Positions 12,001 to 16,984 of a stretch of 64,000 nt of DNA are shown in pieces. Position 1 is the first letter of the stretch; each line of letters begins with the position of its first letter. Position numbers and translations under genes: made by a program. Below the pieces are notes generated by a model that made no database searches, was not told the origin of the DNA, and saw only the letters and a program-made list of their open reading frames with translations. The stretch is from an uncultured bacterium (GTDB taxonomy: Bacteria > Oederibacteriota > JAAXVQ01 > JAUVAV01), in assembly GCA_964630235.1 (NCBI GenBank), contig CAZVUO010000001.1, positions 254,588 through 318,587 on the forward strand, written 5' to 3'.

Positions 12001-15000
12001 CGCGCTTTCCGAGAAGGTCCGGATGTTCAAGCCGTTGAAGGTGTTAACTTCCATGTTCCCGTCTTTGATCCAGCTGTGCCGCGTCGCGCCCAGGCCGAAG
12101 TTGTTGTTCGTATCCGAAGCCTTGGCCACGCCAAACTGGCCGTCTTCGTACCAGGTCTCGGTCGTGCCGTACGCGCTTTCCGAGAAGGTCCGGATGTTCA
12201 AGCCGTTGAAGGTGTTAACTTCCATGTTCCCGTCTTTGATCCAGCTGTGCCGCGTCGCGCCCAGGCCGAAGTTGTTGTTCGTATCCGAAGCCTTGGCCAC
12301 GCCAAATTGGCTGTCGTCATACCAGGTTTCAGTCGTGCCGTACGCGCTCTCCGAAAGCGTCCGGATGTTCAGGCCATTGAAGGTGTTGACCTGCAAATTG
12401 CCCTCTGCGATCCAGCTGTGCCGCGTCGCGCCCAGGCCGAAGTTGTTTTTGGTATCCGAGGAGGTGGCCACGCCGTACTGACTGTCTTCGTACTTGGTTT
12501 CGGTCGTGCCGTAGGCGCTCTCGGAAAGGGTGCGCCGGGTCAGACCGTTCCAGGTGTTGACTTCCATATTGCCTTCACTGATCCAGGAATGGCGCGTCGC
12601 GCCCAACCCAAACTTGTTGTTGGTATCCGACCGCTTGGCCACGCCGTACGCCTCATCTTCATACCAGGTCTCGGTCGTGCCGTAGGCGCTTTCCGATAAT
12701 GTCCGCTTGTTCAGTCCGTTGTCGGTATTGACTTCCAGGTTGCCGTCGCCAATCCAGCTGTGCCGCGTCGCGCCCAGGCCGAAGTTGTTGTTCGTGTCCG
12801 AAGATTTGGCCACGCCAAATTGTTTGTCGTCATACTTTGTCTCGGTCGTGCCATAGGCACTCTCCGAGAACGTGCGGATGTTCAGGCCGTTGAAGGTGTT
12901 GACCTGCAGGTTGCCTTCCTTGATCCAGCTGTGCCGGGAAGCACCCAAACCAAAATTGTTCTTTGTGTCCGAGGCTTTGGCGACCCCGTACTGGCCGTCC
13001 TCGTACCAGGTCTCGGTGGTGCCGTATTCGCTGCGCGACAGCGTATGCTGATTCAGTCCATTCCAAAGGTTCACCGTGAGATCGCCCTTGCGGATCTGGC
13101 TCTGGCGGGTGGACCCCAGGCCGAAATAATTTTCGGTTATCGAACTGATGGCCACGCCATAGGTGCCGCCTGCGGTCGTGTCGAATTCAGTCATGGTCAT
13201 GCCGTACTTGTTCGCGGCCTTGGTGCGCTTGTTCAAGCCGGTATTGATATCCGCTTCAATCGCCGTGGCGGTGTCCCGCGTAAAGCCAAGACCGAAATTG
13301 GTCACCGCCCGGCTGGAAACCGCAATGCCGTACACCCCGCCCTGCTCCACGTCGTAGTGGGTCTCGGTCTTGCCGTACTCATTCTTGGCAAGGGTATGGC
13401 GCGTGAGACCGTGGCGGGTATCCATTTCCACTTCGTTTTCGGTATACCGGGTCGCCCCCAAACCGTAGTTGTTGCTGATCTGCTGCAGGCTTTCCAGACC
13501 GGTCACCGGGTCGAAATTGGTGCTGTGCGTGGTGCCATAGTTGCTCTTGGACAGACGGTCCGTGGTCATGCCCGTGTCGGAATTGTAGGTGGCCACCGTA
13601 AACGACTCGCGGGAGGCTCCCAACCCGATGGTCGCGATCCGCAGGCTCTCGACCGCATCGCCGTGAATGTCATAGGTGCTGGTGGTCTGTCCCAGACGGT
13701 CGGTGGTCACGTTGGTCTGCAGGCGGCCGTGGCCGTCGTAGGCGTAGTCCTCCGTCACTTTGTACCGTCCGAAAAGCACGCCATAATTGTCATTCTGCTT
13801 CTGCTCCTGCACCAGCGCGTCCCGGTCCATGGTTTTTTCGACCGTGGTCAGCAGATTTTTACTCTTAGAGACCGTCATAAAGCCCTGGTCGTCAAATTCG
13901 TTAACCGTGAGGGTTTCGCGCGAGAACTCGACGCCGTAGTGGTCGGTGCGGAAGGATTCGATCGGCAGACCATCAATATTAAATTTGGTGACCGTGGAGC
14001 CGCGCAGATCGGTCTCCTTGCTCATGGAAAGGAATCCGTCGTTGTCGTACTCGTTCACGGTCCACTGGTCGCGGGCATGGCCGTAGAGGTTGTGCCGGAA
14101 GGAAACCGCGACCAGTTCGTCAATGTTGAACCAGTTCTGGGTGGTCCCGTTCTCATCCTCGGTTTTGCTGTAGACCATGTACGCGTTGGCGTCGTACTCG
14201 TAGGTGGTGCGCTCTTCCCGCGGGAACCCGTATTTCTTCACGCGGCGGCTTTCCTTCATCAGGCCGTCTTTATCAAAGGTATTGTAGGTTGTGCCCCGAT
14301 CGTCGTCGGTAATGCTGCTGACCAGTTCGCCGTTCAGATAATCATAGGTGGTCTTCTTGCGTTTGGGATAACCGTGAATGTCAACCCGTTCGCTTTCCGT
14401 CATCAGACCGTCGTGGTCGAACTTGTTGATCGTGTAACCGCGGCTGTCCGTCTGCCGGCTCTCGGTGAGATCGCCGCCCGCATCGTAAATGTTCTCCACC
14501 CAGTGTTCCCGGGGGAATCCGTGTTTGTTGATGCGGTGGGTCTTCTTGGCTTGCTCGTTCTGGTCAAATTCAGTGATCGTTTCGCCCTTCACGTCCCGGG
14601 AAACGCTTTTAATTAGAATGCCGTCCTTGTAGGTCCGCTCCTCGTCCGACCGCCGGGGGAATCCGATGGTATTGATGCGCGTGATCTTTTCCGGATCGCC
14701 GTGGCTGTTATAGAAAGTGTGCGTCTCCCCTTTTTTGTCAATCATCAGTGATTGCGACAGCACGCCTTTTTCATACTGGAAATCCGTCTGCTGGGTGCGC
14801 CCCCACTTGTCCGTCTGCAGGGATTGCAGCGGCTTGCCGGCGGCGTTGTACAGGGTCTCGGTCACGCCCATGGGGCCTTCTTCGGTGCTCCTGACCAGGT
14901 GCTCGCCCGCATATTCATAATCCGTGGTGATGACCTTGCCGTTGTACTTGCTGTAAATGACCTTCTCCGGCTGGTCGCTCTGGGAATCCCGGTAAATGGT

Positions 15001-16524
15001 GGTCTTGATCCCGAAGGGGGTAACGGTATAGGACACCCGTTTCCCGTCCTGGGTGGCGCCGTAGGTGGTTACCTCCATCACCCCGCTGTTCTTGATCATG
15101 ACCTTGCGTTCGGCCAGCTTGGTTTTCTGGTCGTACTCGGTCAAGGTGCGGCTTTTGTAATCCCGGGTGACGCTGGAAACCATGTTGTTGTTGTCGTCAT
15201 ACGTATATTCCGTGACTTCGTCCCCAACTTGGCTGCGGATCCGGTTGCCCTTGCCGTCGTAGGCGTAGTCCGTCCGCTGCCCGTTGCTGTCGGTCTTGCT
15301 CAACAGGTGGCCTTTGCCGTCAAAGGTCTTCTTCACCGTATCCGTGAAGACTTTGCCGCCGAAGGAGTACGTGACGTATTCAATCGCCGAAACAACGTTT
15401 CCGTTTTCATCCAAGATATTGCTGATCTTGGTCTTGCGGCCTTCCTCCTCCAGCCCGACGACCCGGCCGGCCTCGTCGTAATACGTCACCTTCTCCTTGG
15501 TTTTTGATCCATCGGCCGGTTTGAGTAATTCACGCCGGGCGGTAATCCGCCCGTCCACGTTGACCTCGTAGGTATAATTGTGCTCGCCGTCCTTGTCCTG
15601 CACCCTGACCACGCGGCCCTGGTCGTCGTAATCCTTGACCGTGATGTCCTCGATCATGCCGCTAGCGGTGGCGACCTGCTTGATCTCCTTCTTTTGCGCC
15701 AGAACGCCCTTTTCGTTCAGGATGTTCTCATAGGTGGTCTTCTGGCCGTTCTCGATCTGTTCCACCATCTGGTCGTTCTCGTATTTCTTGATCGTGATAT
15801 TTCCCGCCGTGTCCCGTTCTGTGGTCTGGATCTTCTCCCCTTGCTGGTTGTACAGCGTTTCAATGTCCGTGCGGATGTTGTTCTCGTCAATGCGGGCGAC
15901 CACTTCGCCGTTCACGGGGTCCAGGATCATGCGGTTGGTTTTATTCGTGGCGAGATCGGTTTCGGTGTAGCCGACGGTCTTGCCCTTGTCGTTCTTGACG
16001 TAGTTGGTGAATATTTTGGTCCCCTGGGAATCCGTGGCTTGGACCGGATTGCCGTCGTCGTCAAAGATCTTCGTGACCACGCCGGCCGCGCTGCGTTTCA
16101 CCATTTTTTGCAGTTTCCCGTTGGCGCCGCGGAAATACTGGTAGCGCGCCAGGACACCGCCGGTGGCGTCCCGCTCCTCCGACGGCATCCCATCTTCGTA
16201 AAGGGTAACTTTGCCGTAGGGATCACGCACTTCCGTTAGCTGTCCCTTCTCGTTATACTTACGCACCTCGCCGCTCAACAGCACGACCGTGATTTGGGGT
16301 TGGCCGCTGACATCCATGACCGTCGTGCTTTTTACTTTTTTGCCTTGCTCATCCAACTGCTCCAGTATCTGAGGCAGGAGGCGCTCCTCGGCGCTACTGG
16401 CGGCAGAGGACATAGAAACCCCTACAAAGAGGAGCAGCGTCCCCAGTAGGGCGAGTGTCCCCAGCCAGGCGGTTTTATTCCACAGTCCAAAATGCATCCG
16501 TTCTTGACCAGTGATGGTAATCAT
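1..16524 (-). CDS. Giant RHS/YD-repeat family surface or secreted protein. The 3' end is cut by the window edge (at least 5508 codons present).
   Basis: Hand translation of the minus frame whose codon first bases fall on coordinates divisible by 3. ATG at 16524 is preceded by AAAGGGGG 8 nt upstream. The N-terminus MITITGQERMHFGLWNKTAWLGTLALLGTLLLFVGVSMSSAASSAEE is a hydrophobic signal/anchor. Classic YD motifs occur, e.g. TDYAYDGKGNRIRSQVGDEVTEYTYDDNNNMVSSV at about 15170-15280. The frame was re-checked at 13983, 11982, 4863 and 1-60 and stays open. No minus ORF in this frame appears in the track, as expected when the stop lies outside the window. Confidence 0.85.
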   Translation of the reverse strand, partial: MITITGQERMHFGLWNKTAWLGTLALLGTLLLFVGVSMSSAASSAEERLLPQILEQLDEQGKKVKSTTVMDVSGQPQITVVLLSGEVRKYNEKGQLTEVRDPYGKVTLYEDGMPSEERDATGGVLARYQYFRGANGKLQKMVKRSAAGVVTKIFDDDGNPVQATDSQGTKIFTNYVKNDKGKTVGYTETDLATNKTNRMILDPVNGEVVARIDENNIRTDIETLYNQQGEKIQTTERDTAGNITIKKYENDQMVEQIENGQKTTYENILNEKGVLAQKKEIKQVATASGMIEDITVKDYDDQGRVVRVQDKDGEHNYTYEVNVDGRITARRELLKPADGSKTKEKVTYYDEAGRVVGLEEEGRKTKISNILDENGNVVSAIEYVTYSFGGKVFTDTVKKTFDGKGHLLSKTDSNGQRTDYAYDGKGNRIRSQVGDEVTEYTYDDNNNMVSSVTRDYKSRTLTEYDQKTKLAERKVMIKNSGVMEVTTYGATQDGKRVSYTVTPFGIKTTIYRDSQSDQPEKVIYSKYNGKVITTDYEYAGEHLVRSTEEGPMGVTETLYNAAGKPLQSLQTDKWGRTQQTDFQYEKGVLSQSLMIDKKGETHTFYNSHGDPEKITRINTIGFPRRSDEERTYKDGILIKSVSRDVKGETITEFDQNEQAKKTHRINKHGFPREHWVENIYDAGGDLTESRQTDSRGYTINKFDHDGLMTESERVDIHGYPKRKKTTYDYLNGELVSSITDDDRGTTYNTFDKDGLMKESRRVKKYGFPREERTTYEYDANAYMVYSKTEDENGTTQNWFNIDELVAVSFRHNLYGHARDQWTVNEYDNDGFLSMSKETDLRGSTVTKFNIDGLPIESFRTDHYGVEFSRETLTVNEFDDQGFMTVSKSKNLLTTVEKTMDRDALVQEQKQNDNYGVLFGRYKVTEDYAYDGHGRLQTNVTTDRLGQTTSTYDIHGDAVESLRIATIGLGASRESFTVATYNSDTGMTTDRLSKSNYGTTHSTNFDPVTGLESLQQISNNYGLGATRYTENEVEMDTRHGLTRHTLAKNEYGKTETHYDVEQGGVYGIAVSSRAVTNFGLGFTRDTATAIEADINTGLNKRTKAANKYGMTMTEFDTTAGGTYGVAISSITENYFGLGSTRQSQIRKGDLTVNLWNGLNQHTLSRSEYGTTETWYEDGQYGVAKASDTKNNFGLGASRHSWIKEGNLQVNTFNGLNIRTFSESAYGTTETKYDDKQFGVAKSSDTNNNFGLGATRHSWIGDGNLEVNTDNGLNKRTLSESAYGTTETWYEDEAYGVAKRSDTNNKFGLGATRHSWISEGNMEVNTWNGLTRRTLSESAYGTTETKYEDSQYGVATSSDTKNNFGLGATRHSWIAEGNLQVNTFNGLNIRTLSESAYGTTETWYDDSQFGVAKASDTNNNFGLGATRHSWIKDGNMEVNTFNGLNIRTFSESAYGTTETWYEDGQFGVAKASDTNNNFGLGATRHSWIKDGNMEVNTFNGLNIRTFSESAYGTTETWYEDGQFGVAKASDTNNNFGLGATRHSWIKDGDMEVNTWNGLNIRTFSESAYGTTETWYDDKEHGVAKSSDTKNNFGLGATRHSWISEGNMEVNTFNGLNIRTFSESAYGTTETWYDDEEHGVAKSSDTKNNFGLGATRHSWIKEGNMEVNTYNGLNIRTFSESAYGTTETWYEDGQYGVAKSSDTNNNFGLGATRHSWIKEGNMEVNTYNGLNIRTFSESAYGTTETWYDDGQYGVARASDTNNNFGLGATRHSWIKNGNMEVNTWNGLNIRTFSESAYGTTETWYEDGQYGVAVASDTNNNFGLGATRHSWIKEGNMQVNTWNGLNIRTFSESAYGTTETWYEDGQFGVAVASDTNNNFGLGATRHSWIKEGNMQVNTWNGLNIRTFSESAYGTTETWYDDGQYGVAKASDTNNNFGLGATRHSWIKEGNMEVNTYNGLNIRTFSESAYGTTETWYDDGQYGVAKASDTNNNFGLIATRHSWIKEGNMQVNTWNGLNQRTFSESEYGTTETWYEDAQYGVAVASDTNNNFGLGATQHSWIKRGNMAVNTWNGLNQHTFSESAYGTVETWYEDKQHGVAKASDTNNNFGLGATRHSWIKEGKMEINTWNGLNIRTFSESAYGTVETWYDDAQYGIAKASDTVNNFGLGATRHSWIKEGEMEVDPYNGLNKRTFSESAYGTTETQYENETYGVAKSSDTNNNFGLGATRHSWIEEGNMEVNTWNGLNQHTFSESAYGTVETWYDDVSYGVARSSDTNNNFGLGATRHSWISDGNLEVNTWNGLNIRTFSESEYGTVETWYEDQQYGVAQSSDTNNNYGLGATRHSWISKGNMEVNTWNGLNIRTFSESAYGTVETWYDDKDYGVAHSSDTNNFFGLGATRHSWISKGNMEVNTWNGLNIRTFSESAYGTVETWYDDAAYGVAKSSDTNNNFGLGATRHSWIKEGNMEVNTFNGLNIRTFSESAYGTVETWYSTDSYGVAERSHSLNNFGIGATRDTTTQIDANRWNGLNIYTKATNDYGMTETWYTEDSYGVADRSHSLNNYGIGATRDTTTDIDTDTWDGLTEHTLAENAYGMTETWYTQDSYGVAERSHSLNNYGLGATRDTNTTIQVDTWNGLNEYTRAVNAYGMTETWFTQDSYGVAERSHSVNNYGLGATRDTNTIIQAGQWDGLNDYTLATNAYGTTETWYSDDTYGVAERSHSLNNFGIGATRDTNTTITADRWDGLNDYTYAVNVYGTTETWYSQDTYGVAERSHAMNNFGIGATRDTTTDIQADRWDGLNEYTMAVNAYGMTETWFSEDTYGVAERSHAVNNFGLGATRDNQTTIQADRWDGLNEYTFGTNAYGTTETWFSEDSYGVAVRSHSLNNFGLGATRDTNTTIDADRWDGLNNYTHAVNAYGMTETWYSDDTYGVAERSHAVNNYGIGATRDTNTIITADRWDGLNDYTIGTNAYGVTETWYSQDSYGVAERSHAVNNFGIGATRDTATTIQADRWDGLNEYTLATNAYGMTETWFSEDTYGVAERSHAVNNFGLGATRDTMTTIQADRWDGLNEYTFATNAYGTTETWYSQDTYGVAERSHSLNNFGLGATRDNLTTIQADRWDGLNEYTFGTNAYGTTETWYSDDTYGVAERSHAMNNYGLGATRDTNTVITADRWDGLNDYTISQNAYGVTETWYSQDTYGVAERSHAVNNYGIGATRDTNTVITADRWDGLNDYTIATNVYGMTETWYSQDTYGVAERSHAVNNFGIGATRDTNTVITADRWDGLNEYTFATNAYGTTETWYSQDTYGVAEQSHSLNNFGLGATRDTTTTIQADRWDGLNEYTFASNAYGITETWYSEDTYGVAERSHSLNNFGIGASRDTNTTIQADRWDGLNEYTHAVNAYGMTETWYTDDTYGVAERSHSLNNFGIGATRDTNTVITADRWNGLNDYSIGTNAYGMTETWFTQDSYGVTERTHTVNNYGLGATRDTTTQVTADTWNGLNTYSVATNAYGMTETWYARDTYGVPERSHSLNNFGLGATRDTNTTITADRWNGLNDYTFATNAYGTTETWYTQDSYGVAERSHSLNNFGLGATRDTNTTVQADRWSGLNTYTFATNAYGTTETWYTQDSYGVAERSHSLNNFGLGATRDTNTTITADRWNGLNDYTVATNAYGRTETWYKQDSFGTAERSHSVNNFGVGAGRDTTTAITADNWNGLNTYTNAVNAYGVTETWYSQDSYGVAERSHSLNNFGLGATRDTNTTITADRWNGLNTYTNATNAYGRTETWYSQDSYGVAERSHSLNNFGLGATRDTNTTITADRWNGLNTYTNATNAYGRTETWYSQDSYGVAERSHSLNNFGLGATRDTNTTITADRWNGLNTYTNATNAYGRTETWYSQDSYGVAERSHSLNNFGLGATRDTNTTITADRWNGLNTYTNAVNAYSTTETWYSQDTYGVAERSHSLSNFGLGATRDTNTTVTADRWDGLNDYTIASNAYGTTETWYSQDTYAVAERSHSINHYGLGATRDTTSTITADRWNGLNTFTVGVNAYGTTETWYSQDTYAVAERSHSVNNYGLGASRDTNTTITADRWNGLNTYTNATNAYGRTETWYASDSYGVAERSHSVNNFGLGATRDSNTTVTVDRWSGLNTFTSSVNAYSTTETWYSQDTYGTAQRSHSMNNFGLGATRDTNSTITADTWSGLNVYTTGTNAYGTTETWYSQDTYGVAERSHSVNNFGVGAGRDSNTTITADRWNGLNTYTHAVSAYGRTETWYAQDTYGVATRSHAVNNFGLGATRDTDTPTIQANRWNGLNEYTFARNAYGTNETWYSRDSYGVAERSHAVNNYGLGATRDTNTTITADRWSGLNTYTSAVNRYGTSETWYTGDSYGVAQRSHAVNNYGLGATRDTNTTITVDLWSGLNTFTSSVNAYGTTETWFKQDTYGTAQRSHSLNNYGLGYTRDTNTTITADNWSGLNTFTSGRNTYGLTETWYSGDGYGVAERSHSVNNFGLGYTMDTNTTITANRDSGLNEHTFATNQYGTTDTYYSRDTYGVAERSVAHNQWGVLGERDITTTITANRQTGLNEKTIAVTSHRTTTTFFEGSYGTATSSISVTDFLPTLAQTTNTTITASHDTGLNIRTVADNGLSTTTTDAFDAKYGVAKHMLTYNKYATGEGNRNVETNVDANTNTGLNMETYSRSYGGGGTLSETWTNYTSDTGTQTDAITVMNAAWTLGYSVNNNITYVVNQTTGKLIQSTSVNSNGTTMTNYDGHGLAIRSENISSYGLASRTNSTMTYNSATGFTQRSVALSYSRLGGQLLSTTTTNHDINGIARSMTTDTTYGASRARTSTTTVSTIYDFTGSKKQTYTTTGLGDSTSDYNQMGVEMYSVSNGTIGPTAGRTSYTWTKDWNQNTGIRRSKYTTSGLSRTWTYSDENGLPAAGLHKQNENFYGSAAGARYSEIYRTGAVHWTGNAAQTRSLSPGHSTTMTNYDADGFNTNSVTDSIYGANGMQHTESTYNVDSSTGMNTSSNMVKCNGRGSTKNEYDATYGVVKESDDTDKDGNVTHTTYGFNTATGMTTSTVSTGEGGYREDNTAYDMHGRKTASRTQRDKQDGKKKKTEIYTSTFVNNDWTGFKQTETRTNVQNSENKVIHYDVHGVEYKNWTEDYKYPTGEVIHVTEYTGRDADGNPTAGTQEFSGDRHTMSVQMSGIVPSPDPDKYMYLPTVSRVTYTQATYITTATFSYTLNSRGPIAATVTDNQGTESWTMDEGYENSAIFTRNRRNNDGSSISWNYTDSPEGRFHTSANITYTDYMGLHNGSGTETYTDTGVLTQRVLNNTDTMNQTITFQNDGQYVTTGTGTREDGESVNYVFGGVNEYVTFEDDKGITTWNQSTQKMLTSSGGVGSFTYTYAGARVDKIEGTSARDGKLLMDKWWNVKTWTDSMGVLHTYTGTAQNKGYWTKAHETFTDKGGGQWQGDMNYDAFGFYFKGGELRGVKAKVDATGAKNTVDMDDALATTNI
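2600..9075 (-). repeat. In-frame tandem array of 162-bp (54-aa) units inside giant gene 1, about 40 copies.
   Basis: The word ggtgtcgcgcgtcgcgcc recurs at 4783 and 4945 (162 bp apart). Unit consensus is YSQDSYGVAERSHSLNNFGLGATRDTNTTITADRWNGLNTYTNATNAYGRTETW. It shares the NNFGLGATR and AYG-TETW cores with the 57-aa unit. The switch between unit types is at about 9070-9080. Confidence 0.9.
9075..13650 (-). repeat. In-frame tandem array of 171-bp (57-aa) units inside giant gene 1. About 23 regular copies (9075-13090) plus degenerate copies up to about 13650.
   Basis: The word cttggccacgcc recurs at 11950 and 12121 (171 bp apart). Unit consensus is YEDGQFGVAKASDTNNNFGLGATRHSWIKDGNMEVNTFNGLNIRTFSESAYGTTETW. 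Older copies (NYGLGATRYTENEVEMDTRHGL...) are visible toward 13650. Confidence 0.9.
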
Positions 16525-16594
16525 GGCCAAAACCCCCTTTAACCAAAAAATATTGAGCAAGGCGCCATTAAGGCGTATTTTTCCGTTTGCCTAA

Positions 16595-16623
16595 AGTATA
16601 TCACACGAAAATAGGCATTACAA
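16595..16623 (-). promoter_or_regulatory. Sigma70-type promoter of giant gene 1 with an extended -10.
   Basis: Minus strand reads TTGTAA - 17 nt (TGCCTATTTTCGTGTGA) - TATACT. The TG of the extended -10 is present. The predicted TSS is about 64 nt upstream of the ATG at 16524. Confidence 0.55.
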
Positions 16624-16946
16624 ATAAGCGGCAGCGATAATAGCCTTATATTTAAAGCTTATTCTGGCCGCCTCCGCGCTAGTGGCCCGGTTGCAAAAAA
16701 CCGGAAGTTATAAATTCCCCTAAAAATGACCGTTCCGCCCCTTTTCCGGGCTGCCTAGGGCTGTTTTTTTTTGTTCTAAAAATCAAGGTTTTCAGCTCCT
16801 CTAGTTTGCAGGAAGAATTCGTTTTTTTACCCTGTGATTTTTGTGAGGAACTGTAAAAAATCCAGGACAGGCGGCGCTGGCCCACCCTCTTCCGGACGAG
16901 CATGCCTAACGCCGGGAGGATGTAAAACCCTGCAAGGGGCATGACC

Positions 16947-16957
16947 TGTGATATACT
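16947..16957 (+). promoter_or_regulatory. Extended -10 element (TGTGATATACT) upstream of lnt copy 1.
   Basis: The same GTGATATACT word as in both giant-gene promoters, here 28 nt upstream of the ATG at 16985. The -35 is weak (CTGCAA). Confidence 0.4.
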
Positions 16958-16984
16958 GAATCATCCTCGCAAAGAGATACGCGC

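Noticed and set aside
2600-13650. Whether the regular 162/171-bp repeats (and the ~222-bp repeats at 28690-34470) could be a CRISPR array or satellite DNA.
   Set aside because: The units are contiguous with no unique spacers. Their lengths are multiples of 3, they keep one reading frame open for kilobases, and they conserve amino-acid motifs. They are coding tandem repeats.
869-16239. Long plus-strand ORFs in the track (for example 1516..2880, 4174..6144, 8788..12699 of 1303 aa, 12760..14616, 14752..15507, 15580..16239).
   Set aside because: They are antisense shadows of giant gene 1. Their translations are monotonous R/P/G/V/A strings whose periodicity simply mirrors the DNA repeats. They have no motif content. 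The minus frame gives YD motifs, a signal peptide, a Shine-Dalgarno sequence and an unbroken 16.5-kb frame.
16679-16942. 87-aa minus-strand ORF in the AT-rich divergent intergenic region.
   Set aside because: It has no Shine-Dalgarno sequence that I could find. It is K/S-rich and low in complexity, and it overlaps the lnt promoter word. It is most likely a chance ORF in AT-rich DNA, although a small protein cannot be excluded.
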